From a virus, in IMG/VR virus record IMGVR_UViG_3300021963_000057, positions 32,001-96,000 of that record: a stretch of DNA of 64,000 nucleotides, one strand, 5' to 3'. Every line of letters starts with the position of its first letter. The stretch's first letter is position 1. A program made the translations under genes and the position numbers. The notes under the pieces were generated by a model, which saw only the letters and a program-made list of their open reading frames with translations, searched no databases and was not told the DNA's origin. Below are positions 1 to 10,827 of this stretch, piece after piece.

Positions 1-58
1 TTGATACTGCAAATAATATTATTGACTTTACAGAAACAAATCCGTTTGGAAGAATTTA

Positions 59-1075
59 ATGTCAACATATAATCGTGTCATAAGAAAATTGGTTGTCGGA
101 TTTGGTAATCTGTTTGATAACATTACCTTGTATAGATTTAAACCAGATGAAACAGAATCAGAAAGATTCATTGTTCCTATTACATATGCAAGTAAAGAAC
201 GTTATGTCATGCGTATTGAACAAGATGCGACACTAGACAAAAAGGTTCAGATAACTTTACCTCGTATGTCATTTGAGATGGCCGGTCTGTCTTATGATTC
301 TAGTAGAAAACAAAACACAAACATTAAGAATTTTTCTGGAACTCCACCATCAGGAATTTTATCACAATATAATCCAGTACCATACAATTTTGATTTTAAC
401 TTATACATCTATGTTCGAAATATAGAAGATGGTACACAAATCATTGAACATATATTGCCATTTTTTACACCAGATTATACGATTAAATTGAATTTGATTC
501 CTGAAATGGGTATCATCAAAGAAGTTCCTGTCATTTTAAATTCCACATCACATGAAATTACATATGAAGGTGGTAGAGAAAATGAAACACGTATGATTGT
601 TTGGACATTAAACTTTACAGTTAAAGGTTTCATATTTGGTAAGGTTTCAGAAACTGGTGTCATCAACCGTGCATTTGTTTCTGTATACAATCTAGTATCT
701 CCACAAGAGGTGATTGAATTCTACATGAATTTAGATTCTGGTTTTGGTACCTACAAAGTGGGTGAAACAGTTTATCAAGGTTACACACCAGATGATGCAA
801 CAGCAACAGCTGTTGTAGTACAATTCACCGATAACGTATTGAGACTAAAAGAACTAACAGGAAACTTCGTGTCAGATAAACCTATATACGGAATTAACAC
901 ATTGGCAAACTATAACTTTACATCATACAACTTGAACCCATTGAAATTCGTTGAAGTTGATTCTGTTGGCAGAGTTAGTACAGATATCGACTATATGTCT
1001 GTTGATAAAGAAGATGCTAAGGCTGATAATACATTGGCTGAAGTCACAACAATCAACAAGGCTGCAAACCAATAA
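59..1075 (+). CDS. gp15: tail sheath stabilizer/terminator (T4 gp15-like)
   Basis: LPRMSFE and PVPY motifs, EQILPFF-like segment; upstream of terminase. Confidence 0.85.
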   Translation: MSTYNRVIRKLVVGFGNLFDNITLYRFKPDETESERFIVPITYASKERYVMRIEQDATLDKKVQITLPRMSFEMAGLSYDSSRKQNTNIKNFSGTPPSGILSQYNPVPYNFDFNLYIYVRNIEDGTQIIEHILPFFTPDYTIKLNLIPEMGIIKEVPVILNSTSHEITYEGGRENETRMIVWTLNFTVKGFIFGKVSETGVINRAFVSVYNLVSPQEVIEFYMNLDSGFGTYKVGETVYQGYTPDDATATAVVVQFTDNVLRLKELTGNFVSDKPIYGINTLANYNFTSYNLNPLKFVEVDSVGRVSTDIDYMSVDKEDAKADNTLAEVTTINKAANQ

Positions 1076-1093
1076 ACAAAACGAGAGAATTAA

Positions 1094-3085
1094 ATGTCTA
1101 AACAAACTATTAATATTGGTATTAGAGCAAATGATGGTAAAGGTGATTCATTACGAGTTGCTTTTACTAAAACAAATAACAACTTCACTGAGTTGTATAC
1201 CACAGTTGCAAATAATTCTAATACATCAAACACCTACTATGAAACCAACCAAGAGTTGGCACAGAATGCTTACAACAAGGCAAACACCGCATCACTAGGT
1301 GACATTTTGTTTGACCACACAACGATGTATAGTAATACTCACGTTGAAGTTGGTAATGACCACCATGGCCGCAGAGCATGGGGTTTAACATTTGGCCAAA
1401 CAACAACAGTTGCAAATAGTGTTTTTGGTACCAGTGTTGCATTTGATACTGCAAATAATATTTTGGTTGCAATGACAACTCCAAATGAAGTTACGGGTCT
1501 ACCACAATCAACAGTTATTAAATTTGATCCATATGGATCAATTTTCTGGAGAAAATCGGTACCAGCATCAAACGTAAACAATACATTACTACCAAGTTAT
1601 GCCGAATCTGTTGCTGTTGATGCAAACAACAACGTGTATCTATTAACAAATATACCAGATGATTCATCAACACTGGTAACCAAGTTTAACTATCTTGGTC
1701 AAAATGTATGGAATACCTTAATTTCTGATTCTATTGGTTCAACTGAAATTGTTGTTGATGACCAAGAATTTCCATACTACATTGGTCAACACAATTTAAT
1801 TACAGGTTTAGATATTACAGGTGAATTATATTTCACACACTTTAATGCAGGTATAGGTAATGCATATTCTATTATTACATTACCAACTGCATATAGTGGA
1901 GGTGGTGTGTTGGTTGGTTCGGATAATGGTCATGTACACAAGTTTGATACAGAAGGTGTTTATTTGTGGTCAAACGAAGTTGATTCTGGTGGAAATCACA
2001 TCGTATCATTAACTTATGATACCTCAAATAATTGGTATGCAGCAACAAACACAAACATTTATAAGTTTAGAGCCAACAATCAATTAATTTGGGAAAAAGA
2101 AATAACAGGATTAAATGCAAATCTTTCCGCAATTAAATATAGTGGTGATTATTTGTATGCAACACAAACAGGTACAGTAGAAAATAATGAAAGAGGTTTT
2201 GTAAACTATAAGTTACATGCAGCAAACGGAGAACTTGTTTGGGCAAATGCATTACAAATACCTTACGTTGATAATGAACACCGAAATGGTTACCGAAACT
2301 TTGATGTTAAAGGTGACTTCATGGTTGGTGTTGGCCATGCTTCTTTTGATGTAGATGTTGCAACAATATACCAATTACCCGTTGATGGTACTTTGGCAGG
2401 AACTTATTTTGGTGCTCAGTCTACGAAGTGGGCTGAAGGTAATCCTATAGAATTTACATACGTTACTGTACCAGAAGCTGGAACTACAACAAGTTCAACA
2501 GTTGGTTCAGGCAATACAACAATAACTATTGCAGAGAATACCAACTATTCTTACACAATGAATACTGTTGTATATCAAAACCCAAGTCCAGAAAACGAAG
2601 AAACATTAACATATTTCACACAAAATTGGGACTTCACTGGAGACGGAACATTAGTTATTCCATCTTCTGGTTCTGATTTGGCAATAGAGTTTAGCGGTAA
2701 AGGTGTTGCTAACGTTGGTTCAATCACTGCTAGAACTGCTGCAGCGACATGGAATGGAAATACTTCATTTGAATTAGATGTTACTGCATTAATTAATAAA
2801 TTAACACCACAACTAGGTGATGGTGGTGAACAATATCACTTAGCGGATGGCGTTGAAGGTCAAATAATGTATATTGTTCCAGGAACTGGTGGCGAGATGA
2901 ATAATCAATTCACAACTATGTCTTTTGATAATGCAAGATGGTCTAATGGTAATGGTGTGATTAATGAAAATACATCAGTGTCTTGGTGGTTGCCATTTCA
3001 AAACCCAAATGGTGGCAGTACTGCTGTACTAACTTTGATATTCACTGACGGCGCTTGGAACCTACCACACAACTGGTTCGATTAA
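1094..3085 (+). CDS. virion structural protein, gp9/gp10-like N-terminal motif plus beta-propeller-like repeats
   Basis: N-terminal INIG..ANDGKGDSLR.AF.K.N.NFTELY; repeated KFD..G..W blades. Confidence 0.6.
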   Translation: MSKQTINIGIRANDGKGDSLRVAFTKTNNNFTELYTTVANNSNTSNTYYETNQELAQNAYNKANTASLGDILFDHTTMYSNTHVEVGNDHHGRRAWGLTFGQTTTVANSVFGTSVAFDTANNILVAMTTPNEVTGLPQSTVIKFDPYGSIFWRKSVPASNVNNTLLPSYAESVAVDANNNVYLLTNIPDDSSTLVTKFNYLGQNVWNTLISDSIGSTEIVVDDQEFPYYIGQHNLITGLDITGELYFTHFNAGIGNAYSIITLPTAYSGGGVLVGSDNGHVHKFDTEGVYLWSNEVDSGGNHIVSLTYDTSNNWYAATNTNIYKFRANNQLIWEKEITGLNANLSAIKYSGDYLYATQTGTVENNERGFVNYKLHAANGELVWANALQIPYVDNEHRNGYRNFDVKGDFMVGVGHASFDVDVATIYQLPVDGTLAGTYFGAQSTKWAEGNPIEFTYVTVPEAGTTTSSTVGSGNTTITIAENTNYSYTMNTVVYQNPSPENEETLTYFTQNWDFTGDGTLVIPSSGSDLAIEFSGKGVANVGSITARTAAATWNGNTSFELDVTALINKLTPQLGDGGEQYHLADGVEGQIMYIVPGTGGEMNNQFTTMSFDNARWSNGNGVINENTSVSWWLPFQNPNGGSTAVLTLIFTDGAWNLPHNWFD

Positions 3086-3100
3086 AATAAATAAAAAACT

Positions 3101-3520
3101 ATGAATACATTTGACAAAAACATGGAAAAATTATTTGATGTAACACCGGTCGAACAAGAGGCAAAGCCTTTGGTGCCGGTGGTTACCACACCAGTTGAAG
3201 ATGGTCCTGATTTAAAAACAGACTTGCATGATGCATATCAACAAACAAAAGACAATCTACAAGAACTAATTGATAATGGCAAAGATGCAATGGAAGAATT
3301 GCGACAGATTGCTGCAGCAGGACAACATCCACGTGCGTTTGAAGTCTATGCAACATTACTAAAGAACGTGGTTGATGCAAACAAAGAACTACTTGCAGTG
3401 CAAAAACAAATGCGTACCATGGATGGTAAGCCTAGAGAAGGTGATACCAAAATTGATAAAGCCATTTTTGTTGGTTCAACCGCAGAATTAAATAAATTCC
3501 TCAAAGGTAAAGATGAGTGA
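3101..3520 (+). CDS. gp16: terminase small subunit
   Basis: HPRAFEV and FVGSTAEL motifs; overlaps gp17. Confidence 0.9.
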   Translation: MNTFDKNMEKLFDVTPVEQEAKPLVPVVTTPVEDGPDLKTDLHDAYQQTKDNLQELIDNGKDAMEELRQIAAAGQHPRAFEVYATLLKNVVDANKELLAVQKQMRTMDGKPREGDTKIDKAIFVGSTAELNKFLKGKDE

Positions 3521-5201
3521 TTTAAGAAACGGCGAAGCATACCGTGACAATCCTTTACTTAAAAAGGCAGGTGTCAAGGTAGAATATACAGAAGAACAAG
3601 TTGCTGAGTATATTAAATGTTCTAAAGACCCTGTTTATTTTGCCAAGAATTATGTGAAGATTGTTAACGTTGACGAAGGTCTAATCAACTTTAAGATGTG
3701 GCCATTCCAAGAAAAGATGTTGAAACTTTTTAAGGACAATCGTTTCGTAATTACCAAATGTCCTCGACAAGTTGGTAAAACTACCACAACCGTTGCATAC
3801 ATGTTATGGGCAACCATCTTTACAGACAGTCAAAACTGTGCAGTTCTAGCCAACAAGGGTTCTCTTGCAAGAGATATTTTATCCAAATACCAACTTGCAT
3901 ACGAAAACTTACCTATGTGGTTGCAACAAGGTATTGTGACCTGGAACAAAGGTAACGTTGAATTGGAGAACGGTTCTAAGATTGTTGCAGCATCTACATC
4001 AAGTTCTGCAATTCGTGGAGGTTCTTTTAACATCGTATTTTTGGATGAATTTGCGTTCGTTCCAAACAATATTGCGGAAGAATTCTTTAACTCTGTTTAC
4101 CCTGTAATTTCATCAGGTAAAAAGACAAAAATTATTATTGTGTCTACACCAAATGGTATGAATCTATTCTACAAGTTATGGATGGACTCAATCAATAAGA
4201 AAAACAACTATGTGAATTTTGAAATTCATTGGTCACACGTACCAGGCCGTGACGAAAAGTGGAAAGAAGAAACCATTCGTAACACTTCCGAAAGACAGTT
4301 TGCACAAGAGTTTGAAACAGAATTTTTGGGTTCTTCCAACACATTGATTTCTGGATACAAATTACAACAATTGGTATACATTGACCCTATTGCAAACCAT
4401 GACCTATTAAAAATTTACGAACATCCGGTTAGAGAAGGTGTCAATGAATCCAAATCAGACCACCTGTATGCAATTACGGTTGACGTTTCAGAAGGTAAGA
4501 ACCTTGACAGTTCAGCCTTCTCTGTAATTGATATCTCACAGACACCATACAAACAAGTGGCAACTTATAAGAGTTCGTCAATTACACCCATTCTTTTTCC
4601 AACTGTGATTTATAATACCGCAAGATATTACAATGATGCGTATGTACTCGTAGAAATTAATAACAACCCACAGGTGGCAGATTCGTTACATGCGGATTTT
4701 GAATATGAAAATCTATGGAAGATATTTACAGGCAATAAGAAGCCCCAACAATTATCAGCAGGTTTTGCCCGTGGTGTCCAGATGGGTCTAAAAATGTCAC
4801 CGCAAGTCAAGGCAATTGGTTGTTCAAACCTTAAGACTTTGATTGAAGGTGACAAATTACTAATACAGGATTTTGATACATACTCAGAGTTGACCACTTT
4901 TATTCAACAGAAGAACTCTTTTTCTGCGGAAGAAGGTGCAAACGATGACATGGTTATGTCTTTGGTGATGTTTTCGTGGGTAACAACCCAACAATATTTT
5001 AAAGAAATTGTTAATCACGATATTCGTAAACAAATTCAATTGGAGAATATGAACCAGATGGACGATGATGTTCTACCGGCTCCAATTATAGAAGATGGTT
5101 TAGAACATGATTTTGAAATTGTTGGTGGTGATATGTGGGAACTTGCAGACGGTGGAGAAACGTATGCGAAGTTTATGAGAAACAGATTGGAAAGGTTATA
5201 A
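3513..5201 (+). CDS. gp17: terminase large subunit
   Basis: PRQVGKTT Walker A, FLDEFAF Walker B, C-terminal nuclease DD motif. Confidence 0.97.
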   Translation: MSDLRNGEAYRDNPLLKKAGVKVEYTEEQVAEYIKCSKDPVYFAKNYVKIVNVDEGLINFKMWPFQEKMLKLFKDNRFVITKCPRQVGKTTTTVAYMLWATIFTDSQNCAVLANKGSLARDILSKYQLAYENLPMWLQQGIVTWNKGNVELENGSKIVAASTSSSAIRGGSFNIVFLDEFAFVPNNIAEEFFNSVYPVISSGKKTKIIIVSTPNGMNLFYKLWMDSINKKNNYVNFEIHWSHVPGRDEKWKEETIRNTSERQFAQEFETEFLGSSNTLISGYKLQQLVYIDPIANHDLLKIYEHPVREGVNESKSDHLYAITVDVSEGKNLDSSAFSVIDISQTPYKQVATYKSSSITPILFPTVIYNTARYYNDAYVLVEINNNPQVADSLHADFEYENLWKIFTGNKKPQQLSAGFARGVQMGLKMSPQVKAIGCSNLKTLIEGDKLLIQDFDTYSELTTFIQQKNSFSAEEGANDDMVMSLVMFSWVTTQQYFKEIVNHDIRKQIQLENMNQMDDDVLPAPIIEDGLEHDFEIVGGDMWELADGGETYAKFMRNRLERL

Positions 5202-5268
5202 AACCAGCCTTTCATAAATACTCTTATGGTATTTTGCCAAAAGAACATAATAATTCAAGGAGAATAAA

Positions 5269-6960
5269 ATGGCATTTCAAATCTCTCCAGGCGTAAATGT
5301 AGCTGAGGTGGATGCAACAACAGTTGTACCCGCAGTTCAACAGACCGCTGGTGCATTTGCTGGAAACTTCCAATGGGGTCCAGCAGACAAGGTAAAACAA
5401 ATAGATAGTGAAATAACACTTGTAAGTACATACGGTAAACCTAATTCAGACTCAGCAGTATCATTTTTTACAGCTGCAAACTTCTTGTCTTATGGTAACA
5501 ACTTAAGTATTGTGCGTTCTATTGGTGCATTAGCAAACAATGCAACCGATGGTAGTACATTGAATGTACAAATTAAAAACGAAGACGTTTATGAAGCTTC
5601 ATATTTGTTAAGTGACAATGGCAACGACTATGGTCCGTTTGCAGCTCGTTATGCAGGTTTATTAGGTAACTCTCTGACTGTACACGTTTGTGCAAACACA
5701 ACAACATATAGCACATGGGCATACAAAAACTATTTCACATCAGCGCCAGGTACATCAGACTTTGCAGATTCTGTGAATGGATCAGATGACGAAATGCATA
5801 TTGTGGTTGTTGACACAGACGGTTTATTTACAGGTTCAGCTGGTTCAATTTTAGAAACATATGGTTTCGTTTCAGCTGCTTCTGATGCTGTAATTAACGG
5901 TGTTACAAATTACTATAAACAAGTTATTTTTAATAACTCAAGATATATCTATGCAATGGATCCTGTTGATTATGCAACAACATCTGCGACATGGGGCACC
6001 ACAGCTGCAGGCAAAACTTTTGCGAGACCAGCAACCAACCAAACAGTGAGTTTGACTACAGGTTCTTCTGTAAATCCTACAGACGGAAACATACAATCAT
6101 CTTACGATTTGTTTGCAAATAAAGAAGCTATTGATGTTGCATTGGTGTTGTCAGGTGGCCATTCAATTACAGTCCAACAATATGTTATAGACAATATTGC
6201 AGTTGGTCGTGCTGATTGTGTTGCCTTCATTTCTCCAAGATATGCAGACGTTGTAAACAAAGCAGGTCAAGAAACCACTAATATCGAAGACTGGTTAACA
6301 ACACTGTCAAGAAGTTCTTCTTACGTTGTTGCCGACTCTGGTTGGAAATATCAATTTGACAAGTACAACAACACATACCGTTGGATTCCATTGAATGGCG
6401 ATGTTGCTGGTCTATGTGTATACACAGATAATATTCGTGACCCATGGTTCTCTCCAGCAGGTTTCAACCGTGGTTCAATTAAGAACTGCATTAAGTTGGC
6501 ATGGAATCCAAATAAATCATACCGTGACACATTGTATGCCGCAGGTGTAAACCCTGTTGTATCTTTCCCTGGTCAAGGTACAGTGTTGTTTGGTGACAAA
6601 ACATTGTTGAACAAACCATCTGCATTTGACAGAATCAACGTTCGCCGTTTGTTCATCACACTTGAGAAAGCAATTGCACAAGCTGCTAAGTTCTCAATGT
6701 TCGAATTGAATGATGAGTTTACTAGAGCACAATTCATCGCTTTAGTATCACCATTCTTGCGTGACATTCAAGGCCGCCGTGGTTTAACAGACTTTAGAGT
6801 TGTTTGCGATGCAACAAATAACACACAACAAGTTATTGATAGTAACCAATTTGTTGGTGATATCTACATTAAACCTGCACGCTCTGTCAACTACATTCAG
6901 TTGAACTTTGTCGCTGTTGGCACTGGTGTTGACTTCGTAACAATCGTTGGCGCAGCTTAA
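5269..6960 (+). CDS. gp18: tail sheath protein
   Basis: ISPGV start, PWFSPAG, FDRINVRRLF. Confidence 0.97.
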   Translation: MAFQISPGVNVAEVDATTVVPAVQQTAGAFAGNFQWGPADKVKQIDSEITLVSTYGKPNSDSAVSFFTAANFLSYGNNLSIVRSIGALANNATDGSTLNVQIKNEDVYEASYLLSDNGNDYGPFAARYAGLLGNSLTVHVCANTTTYSTWAYKNYFTSAPGTSDFADSVNGSDDEMHIVVVDTDGLFTGSAGSILETYGFVSAASDAVINGVTNYYKQVIFNNSRYIYAMDPVDYATTSATWGTTAAGKTFARPATNQTVSLTTGSSVNPTDGNIQSSYDLFANKEAIDVALVLSGGHSITVQQYVIDNIAVGRADCVAFISPRYADVVNKAGQETTNIEDWLTTLSRSSSYVVADSGWKYQFDKYNNTYRWIPLNGDVAGLCVYTDNIRDPWFSPAGFNRGSIKNCIKLAWNPNKSYRDTLYAAGVNPVVSFPGQGTVLFGDKTLLNKPSAFDRINVRRLFITLEKAIAQAAKFSMFELNDEFTRAQFIALVSPFLRDIQGRRGLTDFRVVCDATNNTQQVIDSNQFVGDIYIKPARSVNYIQLNFVAVGTGVDFVTIVGAA

Positions 6961-6985
6961 TAAATAAACGATATAGGAGAAAACA

Positions 6986-7528
6986 ATGGCATTTAATGTA
7001 GCAGAATTCAGAGCTAATATGATTGGAGACGGCGCACGTCCTAATCTATTCTCTGTCTCTTTAATATTCCCTTCAAACGTATCGAACTCAACAGCTGCAG
7101 GTCAAAAACTAACCTTTATGGCCAAGACAGCTCAATTACCAGGTTCGTCAATTGGTACTGTTCCAGTGTATTACTTTGGCCGTGAAATGAAATTTCCTGG
7201 CAATAGAACATTCGCTGATTGGACATTAACCATCATCAATGATGAAGATTTCGTGATTAGAAATTCTTTAGAAAACTGGATGAATTCTATCAACAGTCAT
7301 GCAACCAATGTAAGAAGTGGTGCAGCCAGAAATTCTAACGGATATTCTGTTGACGCAAACGTTATTCAATATGGTAAAACAGGTAACGAATTGAAAAAAT
7401 ATAAATTCGTTGGTATGTTCCCATTAGATTTGGCACCAATCGACCTAGATTGGGGTTCAAATGACTCAATTGAAGAATTCACTTGTACGTTTGCATACCA
7501 ATTCTGGGAAACAGACACAACATCTTGA
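6986..7528 (+). CDS. gp19: tail tube protein
   Basis: GARPNLF, GNRTFADWTLT; follows sheath. Confidence 0.95.
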   Translation: MAFNVAEFRANMIGDGARPNLFSVSLIFPSNVSNSTAAGQKLTFMAKTAQLPGSSIGTVPVYYFGREMKFPGNRTFADWTLTIINDEDFVIRNSLENWMNSINSHATNVRSGAARNSNGYSVDANVIQYGKTGNELKKYKFVGMFPLDLAPIDLDWGSNDSIEEFTCTFAYQFWETDTTS

Positions 7529-7535
7529 TATATGA

Positions 7536-7567
7536 GGGAGGCCCGTTAGGGTCTCCCATGTTTTTTT
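7536..7567 (+). terminator. intrinsic terminator after gp19
   Basis: GGGAGGCCC-GTTA-GGGTCTCCC then T-run. Confidence 0.8.
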
Positions 7568-7589
7568 GATTTTATAATTACACACAAAT

Positions 7590-9341
7590 ATGGCAAATAA
7601 CACAAATAAATTTTCATTGTTCGGTTTTACTATTTCTCGTCAGAAGGATGAGGAAGATGCAATCGTCCAACAATCATTTGCACCACCAACGCAAGACGAT
7701 GGGGCATTAACTATTACATCTGCCGCTTATTACGGCACATACGTTGACCTTGACGGTACCGCAAAGAATGAGGTGGAACTTATTTCTCGTTACCGTGAAA
7801 TGGCAATGCAACCTGAAATAGAATCTGCAATAGATGATATAGTTAATGAAGCCATTGTGCAAGACGATGATGGTAAAATAACACAAATCATTTTGGATGA
7901 TTTGAAAGTAAATGACAAAATCAAAAAAGCCATCAAAGAAGAATTCAATACCGTTTTACGTATGTTGGATTATAGAAAAATGGCCCAAGATATTTTCCGC
8001 CGTTACTATGTTGATGGTAGAATGTATTATCACATCATTATTGACCGTGAGAATCCACAAGAAGGTATCAAAGAACTTCGTTACATAGACCCACGTAGAT
8101 TACGTAAGGTCCGTGAAATGAAGAAACAAAAGGATGAAAGAACTGGTGCAGATATTATGCAACCAGTCAACGAATACTATATCTACAACGACAAAGTTGT
8201 TAGTGGTAGTGCATCCAATTTTGGTCCTGTTGGTGTTCGTATTACAACAGACTCTATTATTTCGGTGGTATCGGGCCTTATGGACTCCCGCCGTGCCGTG
8301 GTGTTATCATATCTACACAAAGCAATCAAGCCTCTTAATCAATTAAGGATGATTGAAGATGCAACTGTTATCTATCGTATTTCACGTGCTCCTGAGCGCC
8401 GCATTTTTTATATTGACGTTGGTAATTTGCCTAAGTTAAAAGCAGAACAATACCTACGTGATATCATGGTCAAGTATAAAAACAAACTTGTGTATGATGC
8501 GAACACAGGTGAAGTGCGTGATGACCGTAAGTTCATGTCTATGATGGAAGACTTTTGGTTACCACGTAGAGAAGGTGGCAAAGGCACAGAGATTACTACA
8601 CTACCAGGTGGACAAAACCTAGGTGAGTTGGAAGACGTTAAATACTTTCAAAAGAAACTGTATGGTGCCTTGTGTGTTCCAATCTCCAGGTTAGAACCTA
8701 ATCAAGGATTCTCACTTGGTCGTTCATCAGAAATTACACGTGATGAATTGAAGTTCTCTAAGTTTGTGGACAGACTAAGAAACAAATTCTCCGATGTATT
8801 CAACCAAGCCTTGCGTGTACAGTGTGTACTAAAAGGTATCTGTACAGATGAAGAATGGGAATTGTTTAGAGAAAACATTCATTATGATTTCATCAAAGAT
8901 AATAATTTCTCCGAATTAAAAGAAGCGGAATTAATTTCACAACGATTATCTCTACTTCAATCGGTTGATCCATATACTGGTCGTTACTTCTCACAAAAAT
9001 GGATTCAACAAAATGTGTTGCGTCTAACAGATGATGAGATTGCTGAAATGGATTCAGAGATTGAAAAAGAAAAAGAAATGGGTCTTGGATTACCAGTCTC
9101 AGTAACAAATGATGTTGCACAACAACAAATGATGGGACAAGTTCAGACCGACCAAATGGTACAACAATCAGAATTAATGCCTGATAATGCACCGACTGGT
9201 GGTTCCAGTTCTGGTGGTGATACTTCATCATCAAAAAGTAAACCAAAAGAAAAAAGTTCCAGTGGATCAAAATCAGTTAAAGGTGACCTCAGCTTAGAAG
9301 AAGTTGAAACAACGTTTACTAGATTAAAACGTATTTTATAA
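7590..9341 (+). CDS. gp20: portal protein
   Basis: YRISRAPERRIFYIDVGNLPK, EDFWLPRREGGKGTEITTLPGG. Confidence 0.97.
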   Translation: MANNTNKFSLFGFTISRQKDEEDAIVQQSFAPPTQDDGALTITSAAYYGTYVDLDGTAKNEVELISRYREMAMQPEIESAIDDIVNEAIVQDDDGKITQIILDDLKVNDKIKKAIKEEFNTVLRMLDYRKMAQDIFRRYYVDGRMYYHIIIDRENPQEGIKELRYIDPRRLRKVREMKKQKDERTGADIMQPVNEYYIYNDKVVSGSASNFGPVGVRITTDSIISVVSGLMDSRRAVVLSYLHKAIKPLNQLRMIEDATVIYRISRAPERRIFYIDVGNLPKLKAEQYLRDIMVKYKNKLVYDANTGEVRDDRKFMSMMEDFWLPRREGGKGTEITTLPGGQNLGELEDVKYFQKKLYGALCVPISRLEPNQGFSLGRSSEITRDELKFSKFVDRLRNKFSDVFNQALRVQCVLKGICTDEEWELFRENIHYDFIKDNNFSELKEAELISQRLSLLQSVDPYTGRYFSQKWIQQNVLRLTDDEIAEMDSEIEKEKEMGLGLPVSVTNDVAQQQMMGQVQTDQMVQQSELMPDNAPTGGSSSGGDTSSSKSKPKEKSSSGSKSVKGDLSLEEVETTFTRLKRIL

Positions 9342-9354
9342 TTAGGAGATAAAA

Positions 9355-9567
9355 ATGCCAACAGCAAGAGAAATCATAGATTATGCAGAAACAGACAATG
9401 CGGTTGAAATGCGTGATGCATTATATGCTGCACTACATGATAGAGTTATGTCTCATATCGAAACACATAAAGCAGAAGTTGCAAAACAACTGATGAATCC
9501 AGAAGGTGCAACCGCTGAAGATGAAGTTGTGTATGCATCAGAACCTGCCGCAACAGAAGCAGAATAA
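9355..9567 (+). CDS. small acidic prohead core protein (gp67-like)
   Basis: synteny after portal, acidic, GGAG SD. Confidence 0.5.
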   Translation: MPTAREIIDYAETDNAVEMRDALYAALHDRVMSHIETHKAEVAKQLMNPEGATAEDEVVYASEPAATEAE

Positions 9568-9579
9568 TTTTGACACTGG

Positions 9580-9587
9580 TATAAATA
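9580..9587 (+). promoter_or_regulatory. T4-type late promoter
   Basis: TATAAATA; another copy at 10792-10799. Confidence 0.7.
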
Positions 9588-9613
9588 TTATTCAAACATA
9601 ACAGGAATTACAA

Positions 9614-10135
9614 ATGTCAAATTCATTTACATATCAAGTAATAAAGGATACCACAGAACATACAGTTATTAAATTAACCGGTTCTTTTGATGGTACAGGC
9701 CAAGAAGCCAATGCTGTTCGTATTCAAGCAAATACACTATACGGTGCAATGGATACTTCTAAAGGTAACTTACTTTCTTCTAGTGCAAATACAGGTGCAT
9801 TAGATTTTTACGGTTTATCTGTATATCGTTTATGGTATGACTGTGCATCTGGTGGTGACGTAACACTTTCTTGGAACGCAGCAACACCATTGCCTATATT
9901 TGTAATGAATGGTAACGGTGAATATGATTCTGCTGGTAACTGGGTAACAATACCAAACAACGCAAAAGGTACCACCGGATGCAAAGGTGATATTGCTGTT
10001 ACAACTAGAGGTATGGCAGCAAATGATAGTTACACAATGATTTTGGAATTACGTAAAGACAACGAACATTATCAACGTGGTCATTTGAGTGATCCAGCTG
10101 CGTTTAACTATGGCCCATATGCCATGAAACCATAA
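9614..10135 (+). CDS. hypothetical virion protein
   Basis: ORF in head cluster after late promoter. Confidence 0.6.
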   Translation: MSNSFTYQVIKDTTEHTVIKLTGSFDGTGQEANAVRIQANTLYGAMDTSKGNLLSSSANTGALDFYGLSVYRLWYDCASGGDVTLSWNAATPLPIFVMNGNGEYDSAGNWVTIPNNAKGTTGCKGDIAVTTRGMAANDSYTMILELRKDNEHYQRGHLSDPAAFNYGPYAMKP

Positions 10136-10145
10136 GGTAACAATA

Positions 10146-10790
10146 ATGAAACTCATACGAGAACTTACCGAATCGGTACAATACTTAACGGAAGAAAAAG
10201 ATGGAAAGAAAACACTTTACATCGAAGGTCCGTTTCTAGTAGCAGAAGCAGTTAACAAAAACAAACGCATGTACAAAGAAGAAACAATGCGTAATGAAGT
10301 TAACCGTTACAACGAAGAATACATTTCTAAAAATCGTGCCTTTGGTGAACTGGGACATCCAGACACCCCATCCATTAATCTTGACCGTGTATCACACTTA
10401 ATTGTTGGTCTGCGTCAAGAAGGAAATGCTTGGATAGGCAAAGCAAAAATTCTTGAAACCCCTATGGGTAACATTGCAAGAAATCTTATTGAAGGTGGGG
10501 CACAACTTGGTGTATCATCTAGAGGTATGGGTTCTCTTAAAATGGAAAACGGCATCAATGTCGTTCAAGGAGACTTTCATCTGGCCACAGCGGCAGATAT
10601 TGTAGCAGACCCTTCTGCACCTGGTGCTTTTGTGCAAGGTATTATGGAAGGTAAGGAATGGATGTTAGTTAATGGTATCTGGACAGAACAACATTACGAT
10701 GTTGCTAAACAGGAAATCAAACAAGCATCAAGCAAAGATATTGAAGCAGTAAGCTTAAAAATCTTTGAAAACTTCCTTAAAAAACTTTAA
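10146..10790 (+). CDS. gp21: prohead core protease
   Basis: GELGHP, GVSSRGMGSL, DIVADPSAP. Confidence 0.95.
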   Translation: MKLIRELTESVQYLTEEKDGKKTLYIEGPFLVAEAVNKNKRMYKEETMRNEVNRYNEEYISKNRAFGELGHPDTPSINLDRVSHLIVGLRQEGNAWIGKAKILETPMGNIARNLIEGGAQLGVSSRGMGSLKMENGINVVQGDFHLATAADIVADPSAPGAFVQGIMEGKEWMLVNGIWTEQHYDVAKQEIKQASSKDIEAVSLKIFENFLKKL

Positions 10791-10827
10791 ATATAAATAT
10801 CCAATATAAATCAAGGAGATTCTCAAA

